From an uncultured Gammaproteobacteria bacterium (GTDB lineage Bacteria; Pseudomonadota; Gammaproteobacteria; Steroidobacterales; Steroidobacteraceae): a stretch of DNA of 64,000 nucleotides. The first letter of the stretch is position 1. Each line of letters opens with the position of its first letter. The position numbers and the translations under genes were made by a program. Shown here in pieces: positions 1 to 8,324 of this stretch. The stretch lies in contig CAVZGU010000013.1 in assembly GCA_963774865.1 (NCBI GenBank), positions 11,894 through 75,893 of the forward strand, in the 5' to 3' direction. A model generated the notes under the pieces. That model saw nothing but the letters and a program-made list of their open reading frames with translations. It made no database searches and was not told the origin of the DNA.

Positions 1-1926
1 GCCCCGGCATTCGCTATGAATTGGAAGCCGCAGGACAGCAGGATTTCCTGCTGGATGTCCTTCCAGCGGATGTAGAACCCGGCTGCATCGACGGTCAGGC
101 GGTGATCGAGCCATGCCGTCTTGGTGCCGAGCTCGTAGTTCCACAGCGAGTCGGACTGATAGCTGCGCGTCTGCTGGACGGTGACATTGGGGTCTATCGC
201 CTTGAGTGCCGCGGCGCAGTCGGTCGGCGTATTCGGCTCGCCCGCCGGCACGATGGGCACCAGGCCGCCCGGCCGGTAGCCCTTGGCCACATTGACGTAC
301 ACCATCTGGTCCGGCGTGACGTGGTAGTCCGCCTCGAACTTCGGATTGACGCCGTTTTCGGTCTGCTCGTCGTACGGGCTGACGATGACCGGGCCGCCGC
401 CGGTGGCCAGACCCGCCTCATAGCCTTGCGAGGAGGTCTTGACCTGGTACCAGCGCAGGCCCGCCGTCAGCTTCAAGGGGTCGATCGGCTGGTAGGACAC
501 CTCGCCGAATACCGCCGGCTCCTTGACTTCGGTGTGAAAGTCCGACGCGAAGATCAGGTTCGGGTAGCCCGGGGTGAGCTCAACCCCGGGCGTGCCGGTG
601 AGCGTCAGATCGAGCCCCGGTACCGTCGCCGGCGGATAATAGGCGGAGAATGGCACACGGCCGTGGGTGTCCGAATAAAAGCCGCCGGTGACGAATTGCA
701 TCGGCCCCTGCAGTGCGGAGACGAAGCGCACTTCCTGCACGAAACTCTGGTAGTCCTTCTCTTCGCTGATGCCGCCCGGCTGCGGCGAGCCGCCGGCGCC
801 CGAGGTGATCCCCGCATACACGAAGTCGCTCTCGTCTTCCGTCTCGTCCACCTTGCGGGAGAAATAGGAGCTCGAAGAGACCAGTTCGCCGAGATGGGTT
901 TTCCAGTGCACAGTCAACGAGGACAATCCCCAGTCGTCCCATCCGCCTTCCGGAACGTTGAACCAGCGCGCCTGCGTGAAGTCGCTCGGGATCATCCGGT
1001 TCGGCGTGGGGGCCCCGGTGGCGGGCGTCGGTACCGGATAGCCGATGCCGTTGCTGGGAACCGTGGGGTAGTCCGCCATCGGAAAGCCGTTGTAGCCGGT
1101 TCGTTGCAGCATGAAGCGCGGCGTGATGGTGAGCGACTCGTTGAGCTTGAAGGTGAGGCTCGCGGCGAAGCCCGAGGTGTCGATCGCGCCGACGTTGTCG
1201 ACCGTGGTGATGCCGGGGCCGGCGAGCGGCAAGCAGGTGAGGTTCATCGCAGCGGCGGGATTGGTGCAGTAGGTGCGCTTGAAGTAGCCGGCCTCATAGT
1301 CGTCGAAGCCGCTCAATCGCAGCGCCAGCTTGTCTTGGATCAATGGGATATTGAAGACCCCGTCGCCCGTATAGTTCCCGGTCGACGTGCGGGCGGTGTC
1401 CGAGGCGCCGCCATGCAGGGTCGCGCTGAACTCGTTGAGATCGGGCTCCTTGGTGACGGTGCGCACCAGGCCGCCCATCGAGCGCGCGCCGTACAGGGTG
1501 CCCTGCGGCCCGCGCAGCACTTCGATGTGGTCGATGTCGAGAATCCGCGGATCGATCGAGTCCGGCAGCGGCGTGTCGTCGATGTAGTAGCTGGTGACGT
1601 TGTTGCCGGAGACGCCGCGGATCGAGATGGTGCGCGCGGTGCCGACGCCGTCGCCGGTGGGCGCGAAGGCGAGATTCGGCACCTTGGTGGCGTAGTCGAA
1701 GAAGTCATAGATCGCCTTCTCCTGCAGCGCCACGGTGCCGAAGGTGGTCATGGACATCGGCACGTTCTGCTGGCTCTCGGCGCGCTTCTCGGCGGTGACC
1801 GTGATCTCCTGCAGCTCGCCCGCCGGCGCCGCCGTCGCGGTTGTATCGGCCGCGAACACGTGCAGCGGTCCCATCAGCGCTGCGGCGCACACCCACGCTA
1901 GGCAACCCTTGGATATCCCCATCATT
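1..1926 (-). CDS. TonB-dependent outer-membrane receptor (N-terminal ~640 codons; C-terminus lies beyond window start)
   Basis: The minus frame is open from ~1919 down to nt 1. It has no stop in the window, so it is absent from the ORF track. Plug-domain motifs: ELQEITVTAEKRAESQQNVPMSMTTF, ISIRGVSGNNVTSYYIDDTPL, IEVLRGPQGTLYGARSMGG. The signal peptide MMGISKGCLAWVCAAALMGPLHVFA starts at ATGATG (1926) but is in frame only if the C5 run at 1917-1921 were C4. Confidence 0.8.
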
Positions 1927-2001
1927 TTTCTCCCTTCAAAAGGCTTCTTGTGACATTCCCGGCCGGTACGCCAAACCCTCCGGCCGCTCGTGGCTATGTT
2001 A

Positions 2002-3087
2002 TCAGTGCGCCGCGGCCGATGCGGCAACTAATCCCGCCTCGCCGGCCGCCGCATCGCGCTCCTCGGCGATGGCCTTCTTGAGCAGCGCGCGAAAACTCGC
2101 CAGCGCCGTGTCCATGCGCAGCGCGAGCATCGGCGCATCCGGATCGAGATCGAGGATGCGCTGCTGCGCCAGGATGATGTCCTTGTCCTCCAAAAAGCCG
2201 GCGCGCACGCTGGCGGTCAAGTTCTCAGTGACGCTCGGATCGTCGAGCGCGAAGCCGTGGCATTGCTGGAAGAAATAATGCGAGGTGCGCTCGGTCTCCG
2301 GCGTCACCGCCTGACAGCCGAAGAACTGCGCCGCATCGACGCGCCGGCCCTCCGGCGCACCGGTGCCGGTCGGTGCGCTGCCGGAGTCCATCAGCAGCAC
2401 GCCGGGCAGCACCACGTCGTAGATGTTCCAGCGGTCGACGTTTCCCGGCCAGCTCTTGATTTTCCTGAGGAAGGGCGCGGGCTCGTCGTCGATCAGCCAG
2501 CGCTCCACCCGCACGCCGCGCGCGCCGCGGGTCACCTTGGGGCGTGCGGAGGCGTACTTGGCCGAGCCGCCGAGCGTGGTCTCGTGCACGTACGAGAGGT
2601 GCGAAAAATCGAGCAGGTTGTCGGTGATCAGCAGATAGTTGGCGTCGTAGTGCAGATAGCCCGGCACGCCGCGCCATGCCGGATCGTGCAAGTAATGCGT
2701 GTCGGGGATCAAGGACTCGTCGGCTCTGCTCGGATCCCCCATCCACACCCAGATCCACTTGAAGCGCTCGACCACCGGGAAGGCGCGCACCCGGGCCGCG
2801 GGAGGAATGAAGTCCTGTGAGGGGATCTCCACGCAGCGCCCGGCGGCGTCGAACAGCAGTCCGTGATACATGCAGCGAATGCGGTCGCCCTCGCGCCGCC
2901 CCTTGGAGAGGGGTGCCGCGCGATGACAGCAGCGATCTTCGAGCGCGATCACGCGGCCCGCCTGATCGCGCCACAGGAGCAAAGGCACGCGGGTGACGGT
3001 GCGCGCCAGCAGCGCATCGCCGCCGAGCTCGTGCGACCAGCCCGCGACGTACCAGGTATTCTTGAGGAAGGCCTCGTCGGTGCCCAT
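2002..3087 (-). CDS. Rieske [2Fe-2S] aromatic-ring oxygenase/demethylase alpha subunit (VanA-like, phthalate family)
   Basis: Intact 361-aa ORF. Rieske motif CCHRAAPLSKGRREGDRIRCMYHG (C-x-H ... C-x-x-H). N-terminus TWYVAGWSHEL is typical of this family. Confidence 0.85.
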   Translation of the reverse strand: MGTDEAFLKNTWYVAGWSHELGGDALLARTVTRVPLLLWRDQAGRVIALEDRCCHRAAPLSKGRREGDRIRCMYHGLLFDAAGRCVEIPSQDFIPPAARVRAFPVVERFKWIWVWMGDPSRADESLIPDTHYLHDPAWRGVPGYLHYDANYLLITDNLLDFSHLSYVHETTLGGSAKYASARPKVTRGARGVRVERWLIDDEPAPFLRKIKSWPGNVDRWNIYDVVLPGVLLMDSGSAPTGTGAPEGRRVDAAQFFGCQAVTPETERTSHYFFQQCHGFALDDPSVTENLTASVRAGFLEDKDIILAQQRILDLDPDAPMLALRMDTALASFRALLKKAIAEERDAAAGEAGLVAASAAAH

Positions 3088-3189
3088 GGCCGTATTCTTT
3101 ATAGAACTCTGTTGGATGATGCTTCCCGGCGGTCATCATAGCCACAATCGCGGCTTTCGTGCAGCCGGCGCATACCCTAACATTCCGCA

Positions 3190-5319
3190 GTGCGTTCGAG
3201 CCGCTTCGCCTGCCGCATGATCATCGCTGCCGCGATCGCGGGCGGGTTCGGCGCGGCCGGCTTGCGCGCCGCCGGCGGCGCGCAAGCCGCCGACGATTGG
3301 CGCAGCAACGGGCGCGACGCCGACGGCACCTACCACTCGCCGCTCGCAGACATCGATCGCAGTTCGGTGAGCCGCCTAGGATACGCGTGGGACTATCGGC
3401 TGGGTTCGTCGCGGGGCCTGGAGGCGACGCCGCTGGTCGTGGGCGGCGTGATGTATGCGGTCGGCAATTTCGGCCGCGTGTACAGCATGGATGCCGCCAC
3501 CGGCAAGGAGCGCTGGCGCTACGACCCCGGGGTGGACGGACAGTGGGGACGCTACGCCTGCTGCGACGCCGTGAATCGCGGACTGGCGATGTCCGAGGGC
3601 ACGCTGTACGTCGGAGCGCTGGACGGGTATCTGCACGCCATCGACGCCCGCGATGGCCGGCGCAGGTGGAAAGTCGATACGCTCATCGGTCGCGCACGGC
3701 GCGTTCCCTATACGATCACCGGCGCTCCGCTCATTGCCGGCGAGCGCGTGGTCATCGGCAATTCGGGCGGCGACTTCAAGGGGGTGCGGGGTTATGTCTC
3801 CGCGTACGACCTCAAGAGCGGCGCGCTGCAGTGGCGCTTCTTCACGGTGCCGCGCGATCCAAGGCGGGGCCCTCAGGACCAGCCGCATCTGGTGAGAGCC
3901 GTGAAAACATGGGATCCGAGACATCGCTGGGATTACGGCGGCGGCGGCACGGTGTGGGACGGGCTTTCGTACGATGCGGATTTGAACCTGATCTACCTCG
4001 GCACGGGCAACGCATCGCCGTACACGATCAAGGGGAGCGGGCGGCGCGGCGGCGACGACCTGTACAGCGCCTGCATCGTGGCGATCCACGCCGACACGGG
4101 GCGCCTGGCCTGGTATTACCAGATCGTGCCGGGCGACGAGTGGGACTACGACAGCACGCAAAAGATGATTCTGGCGGACCTGACCGTGGGCGGCAGGGTG
4201 CGCAAGGTGCTGATGCAGGCGTCGAAGGACGGATATTTCTACGTGCTCGACCGCGCCACCGGCGAATTCATTTCGGCGCAGAACTTCGTCTACGTCAATT
4301 GGACGCGCGGGCTGGATCCGAGGACCGGCAGGCCGGATCCGAATCCGAATGCGGAGTACCTCGGCGGGCCCAAGCTCATCTTTCCCTCGATGGCCGGCGC
4401 CCACAGCTGGCAGCCCATGTCGTTCGATCCGGCCACGGGGCTCGTCTACATCCCGGCGCTCGAGGCGCCGATGGTGTACATCGAAACGTCCCATCTTCCG
4501 GCCGGGCTGATCGAAGGCAACTTCACCGTCGCCGGCTTGTTTCCCGAGGATTTCGATCCGCAGTCGCTGCGCTCCCTGTTCGGAACGCTGCCGTCCCTTA
4601 AGGAGCTGTCGCGCAGCGCGCCGAGCGGCGCCGTGCGTTCGATCGGAGTGCTCAAGGCGTGGAACCCGGCGCAGCAGCGGCTGGTGTGGCAGAGGCCCTC
4701 GAGCGGATTCTGGAACGGCGGCGTGCTGTCCACCGCCGGGGGCATCGTCGTGCAAGGCGACGTCGAGGGACGGCTCAACGTCTACGATGCCGCCTCGGGG
4801 CAGCTGCTCAAGTCCCTCGATCTGGGAACCAGCGTGATGGCGGCGCCGATGACGTATCGGGCGGCCGGCAGGCAATTCATAGCGGTGATGGCGGGCTATG
4901 GGGGCGGCCCGGGCCTGTATGATCCGTTTCCGAAAGCGAGCGCCGCCTACCGCTTCGGCAACGCGGGCCGGATCATCGCACTCACCCTCGATGGGGGCGC
5001 GCCGCCGCTGCCGCCGCCCGTGGCCGAGGCGCCTCTCGAGCAGCCGCCGCAGCGCGAGGCAAACGCGCAAGCCGTCGCGCACGGTGAAGTGCTGTACAAC
5101 CGATTCTGCGCGCGCTGCCACGTGTTCGGACGCGGCGAGCTGCCGGACCTGCGGCGATTGACGCCGGCCACCCAAGCGATTTTCTACGACATCGTACTGC
5201 GCGGGGTATACCGCGCGCGCGGCATGGGCAGCTTCGATGATGTGCTATCGCGCCCGGATGCCGCGGACCTGCATGCCTACCTGGTGGATCGGGCCTGGGA
5301 AGCCTATGCGCACCAGTAG
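3190..5319 (+). CDS. Quinohaemoprotein PQQ-dependent alcohol dehydrogenase (type II ADH-like)
   Basis: Intact 709-aa ORF with a signal peptide. Beta-propeller PQQ-dehydrogenase N-terminus (LEATPLVVGGVMYAVG, vicinal Cys in RYACCDAVNRG). C-terminal cytochrome c domain with CARCH. Confidence 0.9.
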   Translation: MRSSRFACRMIIAAAIAGGFGAAGLRAAGGAQAADDWRSNGRDADGTYHSPLADIDRSSVSRLGYAWDYRLGSSRGLEATPLVVGGVMYAVGNFGRVYSMDAATGKERWRYDPGVDGQWGRYACCDAVNRGLAMSEGTLYVGALDGYLHAIDARDGRRRWKVDTLIGRARRVPYTITGAPLIAGERVVIGNSGGDFKGVRGYVSAYDLKSGALQWRFFTVPRDPRRGPQDQPHLVRAVKTWDPRHRWDYGGGGTVWDGLSYDADLNLIYLGTGNASPYTIKGSGRRGGDDLYSACIVAIHADTGRLAWYYQIVPGDEWDYDSTQKMILADLTVGGRVRKVLMQASKDGYFYVLDRATGEFISAQNFVYVNWTRGLDPRTGRPDPNPNAEYLGGPKLIFPSMAGAHSWQPMSFDPATGLVYIPALEAPMVYIETSHLPAGLIEGNFTVAGLFPEDFDPQSLRSLFGTLPSLKELSRSAPSGAVRSIGVLKAWNPAQQRLVWQRPSSGFWNGGVLSTAGGIVVQGDVEGRLNVYDAASGQLLKSLDLGTSVMAAPMTYRAAGRQFIAVMAGYGGGPGLYDPFPKASAAYRFGNAGRIIALTLDGGAPPLPPPVAEAPLEQPPQREANAQAVAHGEVLYNRFCARCHVFGRGELPDLRRLTPATQAIFYDIVLRGVYRARGMGSFDDVLSRPDAADLHAYLVDRAWEAYAHQ

Positions 5320-5341
5320 CTCGAGCATTGCAGGGCGTTAA

Positions 5342-5364
5342 TGAAACGGTACCGTTGCGTTTCA
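5342..5364. promoter_or_regulatory. Inverted repeat TGAAACG-N9-CGTTTCA, containing the perfect 12-bp palindrome AACGGTACCGTT at 5345-5356
   Basis: Read directly from the ADH / Pro-Tyr-protein intergenic spacer. It could be an operator or a stem-loop; function is unknown. Confidence 0.3.
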
Positions 5365-5425
5365 ATAGCAACCGCGCTATGCTCCGATGCACGGTGTCGT
5401 TTGATATTAACGGGAGCGAAACGCC

Positions 5426-5906
5426 ATGCCGCGACTCAAACAGGCAATTTTCGCAGCCGCCGCCGCAGCGGTGATCGCCGTGAGCCCGACCGCACCCGCG
5501 GCGGCCGGCGTGCATGGCTACTACGGGCATCCCCATGCGTGGGGATGGGGGCACGGCCTGTTCGGTGCGCTCGCCGCGCTGGCCACGCTGCCCATCGCCA
5601 TCGCTTCCGCCGTGGTTTCCGCCGGAGTGCAGGCGGCACCCGTGCCGGCGCCTGCGTACGGCGCGGGCGGCTACGGCTATCGCGCCGCCGCCGGTGACAT
5701 ATGCGCCACCGCCCGTATACTATGCGCCGCCGCCGGTGGGCTATGCTCCGCCGCCGGCCTACTATGCACCCGCGTATTACCCGCGAGCTTCTTATTATCC
5801 GGTGCCGCGCCCGTACTATGCGCCGCGGCCGGTGTACTCCGGCGGCTATGGCTACGGCTACGCACACGGCGGGTATCGCGGAGGCGGCTTCTACCCCCGT
5901 CGCTAG
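5426..5906 (+). pseudogene. Secreted Gly/Tyr/Pro-rich low-complexity repeat protein; needs one frame change near 5685
   Basis: The frame from 5426 gives a signal peptide MPRLKQAIFAAAAAAVIAVSPTAPAAAG followed by GYYGHPHAWGWGHG...GAGGYGY. The frame ending at 5906 gives APPPVTYAPPPVYYAPPPVGYAPPPAYYAPAYYP...GGYGYGYAHGGYRGGGFYPRR. Neither frame alone makes a sensible protein. Confidence 0.5.
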
Positions 5907-5921
5907 GAGCCTGTCCGAGTA

Positions 5922-6578
5922 ATGGCGCGCAAGGCGACTAAGGCCCTCGCGCGCGGCGGCCGACCTTCCCGCGCCGATGCATTGCGCCTGCGCGAGCGCA
6001 TCCTGGTGGCCGGCACCGAACTGTTTCTCGCCGAAGGCTATGGCTCGACCACCATCGAGGCGGTGGCGAGGCGCGCGCGCGTGTCGAAGCGCACCTTCTA
6101 CGATCGGTTCGACGACAAGGCGGCGCTGTTCGCCGCGGTGGTCCATCGCATCATCGAGCACATCCGGCCTCCCCCGGAAGTGCCCCTGCTCGCGGGCGCG
6201 ACGCTGCCGGACGTGCTGTGCCGCCTGGCCGGATTCATCCTGCGCGCGGCGCTGTCTCCGCAGGCCATCGCGCTGCACCGGCTGGTGCACGCGGAGTCCG
6301 GCCGCTTTCCCGAACTCGTGCGCGCGGTGGCGAGCGACGGCAGCACCAGCGAGGGCATCGCGCTCATCAGCAGCCTGCTCGAGCGCGAACTGCGCGGCTC
6401 GAAGCTCAGCGAGGAGGCGCGCGGTTTTGCCGCGCAGCAGTTCATATTCATGGTGGTCACTCTGCCGCAGCGCCGCGCGTTGGGATTCGGCACGCCCATG
6501 ACGGAGCGCGAGCTCGAGGCCTGGGCCGACAAGGTGGTCGGTCTGTTCCTGGACGGCTGCCGCGGCCTGAGCGCGTGA
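5922..6578 (+). CDS. TetR/AcrR family transcriptional regulator
   Basis: Intact 218-aa ORF. N-terminal HTH RILVAGTELFLAEGYGSTTIEAVARRARVSKRTFYDRF. Confidence 0.9.
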   Translation: MARKATKALARGGRPSRADALRLRERILVAGTELFLAEGYGSTTIEAVARRARVSKRTFYDRFDDKAALFAAVVHRIIEHIRPPPEVPLLAGATLPDVLCRLAGFILRAALSPQAIALHRLVHAESGRFPELVRAVASDGSTSEGIALISSLLERELRGSKLSEEARGFAAQQFIFMVVTLPQRRALGFGTPMTERELEAWADKVVGLFLDGCRGLSA

Positions 6579-7486
6579 GGGGCTCGAGCACGCTCTGCGC
6601 GGCCGCAGTCTGCGCCGCGGCTCTTTGCCTGCCCTGCGCTCGGGCGTTCGCCTGGGGCGATGAAGGCCACGAGGTGATCGGGCTGATCGCGGACCACTAC
6701 CTCAGGCCGGCGGTTCGCCGGCGGGTGCAGGCCCTGCTCGAGGGCGACGAGTCGGGGCTCACGGCCAAGGACATCGCGCACGAGGCGACCTGGGCGGACA
6801 AGTACCGCGATTCGGACCGCAACTCCGCCGGGGTCCGCTACGCGCAAACGCGCGGCTGGCATTTCGTGGATCTCGAACTGGCGGGAGCCGACATCCGCCG
6901 CGCCTGCTTCGGCCGGCCTGCACTGGCGCCCGGGACCGACGCGTCCGCGGGCCCCTCGCAGGACTGCGTGATCGACAAGATCGACGAATTCACCGCCGAG
7001 CTTAAGGATCCCGGCACCGACGAGCGGGAGCGCCGTCTCGCGCTGCAGTTTTTGCTGCATTTCGTCGGCGATGTGCACCAGCCGCTGCACGCGAGCGACG
7101 ATCACGACCAGGGCGGAAACCGCAAGATCGCGAGCGCGCCCGGAATCGGCGCCGACAATCTGCACCATGACTGGGACACCGAATTCGTCGCGCGCCTGGG
7201 AAAGGACGCAGCCGACATCGCGGCGCGGCTGATCGCCCGCATCACCGCCGCAGAGCGCGCGCGCTGGTCCGCCGGCACGCCCGCGGAGTGGGCCATGGAA
7301 ACCTACGATGTGGCAAAATCGCACGCCTATGGCCTGCTGCCGCCGGCGGATTCGTGGAATCGCTACGCGCTTTCCGCTGCCTATGTGGCCGATGCGACCG
7401 CGGTGACGGCCGAGCAGCTCAGCAAGGCCGGCGTGCGCCTTGCGTTCGTGTTGAATCAGTCGCTGCGCCAGGAGCCCGCCCGATGA
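6575..7486 (+). CDS. S1/P1-family zinc nuclease, secreted
   Basis: GTG at 6575 overlaps the TetR stop (GTGA). Signal peptide, then the mature N-terminus WGDEGHEVIGLIADHYL. Motifs HFVGDVHQPLH and NLHHDWDT match remembered S1/P1 zinc-ligand motifs. Confidence 0.8.
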   Translation: MRGSSTLCAAAVCAAALCLPCARAFAWGDEGHEVIGLIADHYLRPAVRRRVQALLEGDESGLTAKDIAHEATWADKYRDSDRNSAGVRYAQTRGWHFVDLELAGADIRRACFGRPALAPGTDASAGPSQDCVIDKIDEFTAELKDPGTDERERRLALQFLLHFVGDVHQPLHASDDHDQGGNRKIASAPGIGADNLHHDWDTEFVARLGKDAADIAARLIARITAAERARWSAGTPAEWAMETYDVAKSHAYGLLPPADSWNRYALSAAYVADATAVTAEQLSKAGVRLAFVLNQSLRQEPAR

Positions 7487-7596
7487 CGGTCACGCCAAAA
7501 GTCACTCCGTGCCTGTGCGGCAAGATCGACATCGCTCGCCTGCTCAAGACCTACGCGCGGCACGCCTGAGACCGCACATCAGGTTAGAATGCGAGC

Positions 7597-7764
7597 ATGG
7601 AATCCAGGATCGGCACAGAAGCTCAGGCAGCGCAGCTGCTCGCCACGTTGCGGCTAACGCCCGAGGCGCGACTGGATGCGTTCCTGGAACACTGTCGACT
7701 CATGATGGCGCTCTTTCAGGAAGGCCAGCGCCTGCAAGACCGCGCGCGGCGCCGAAGCGAGTGA
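7597..7764 (+). CDS. 55-aa ORF, possible antitoxin-like partner of the downstream nucleotidyltransferase-fold protein
   Basis: ATG at 7597 to TGA at 7762-7764, translating MESRIGTEAQAAQLLATLRLTPEARLDAFLEHCRLMMALFQEGQRLQDRARRRSE. It is below the ORF-track size cut-off. Its stop overlaps the next start (GTGA). Confidence 0.4.
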   Translation: MESRIGTEAQAAQLLATLRLTPEARLDAFLEHCRLMMALFQEGQRLQDRARRRSE

Positions 7765-8318
7765 GAACGCAGCGAGCCGGCGAATCGGCGCTCCTGTTGC
7801 TCGATGCAGTTGCCGTACTGGCTGCTGAAGGCATCGAGTACGCCGTGATAGGTGCAATGGCCGCGTCGGTACATGGAGTCGTGCGCGCAAGTCTAGATGC
7901 GGATGTGGTCATGTCGTTGGCGTCGCATCGGCTGAGCGATTTGGCGCAGCGTTTTGTTGCCGCCGGTTTCGATACGCAGAGCCGGTACGGAGACGCGGAT
8001 GATCCCATTGCTGCAATGCTTGTTTTGACGGATCGGCATGCAAATCGAGTTGACCTCCTGGTCGGCATACGGGGGCTGGAATTTGAGGCATTCGCCCGGA
8101 CCATCGAGGTCCCGTTTCACGGTCAGTTACTCAAAGTAGTCGGCCGCGAGGACTTCATTGCCATGAAGATCTTCGCCGGCGGTCCGCAAGATCTGTTGGA
8201 CGCGCGCAATGTGCTCGCGGCTGCCGGCGAAGACTTGGATATGTCTCTGCTCCGACGATTGAGTTCGCGCTACGGTCAGCATGCAATCAAGTCCTTGGAC
8301 TCGATTCTTTCGAAATAG
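7761..8318 (+). CDS. Nucleotidyltransferase-fold protein of unknown function
   Basis: GTG at 7761 is in the frame of ORF 7509..8318. LLLLDAVAVLAAEGIEYAVIGAMAASVHGVVRASLDADVV resembles small MNT/AbiEii-like nucleotidyltransferases. Confidence 0.55.
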   Translation: MRTQRAGESALLLLDAVAVLAAEGIEYAVIGAMAASVHGVVRASLDADVVMSLASHRLSDLAQRFVAAGFDTQSRYGDADDPIAAMLVLTDRHANRVDLLVGIRGLEFEAFARTIEVPFHGQLLKVVGREDFIAMKIFAGGPQDLLDARNVLAAAGEDLDMSLLRRLSSRYGQHAIKSLDSILSK

Positions 8319-8324
8319 CATTTC

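Noticed and set aside
21-1901. 626-aa plus-strand ORF, and similar very long ORFs antisense to real genes (e.g. 3376..5175 -, 8323..9786 -, 28515..30671 -, 39957..41888 +, 21541..22800 +)
   Set aside because: Their translations are Arg/Ala/Gly/Pro-rich low-complexity strings with no motifs. Each lies exactly opposite a gene with strong family motifs. These are the usual shadow ORFs of high-GC DNA.
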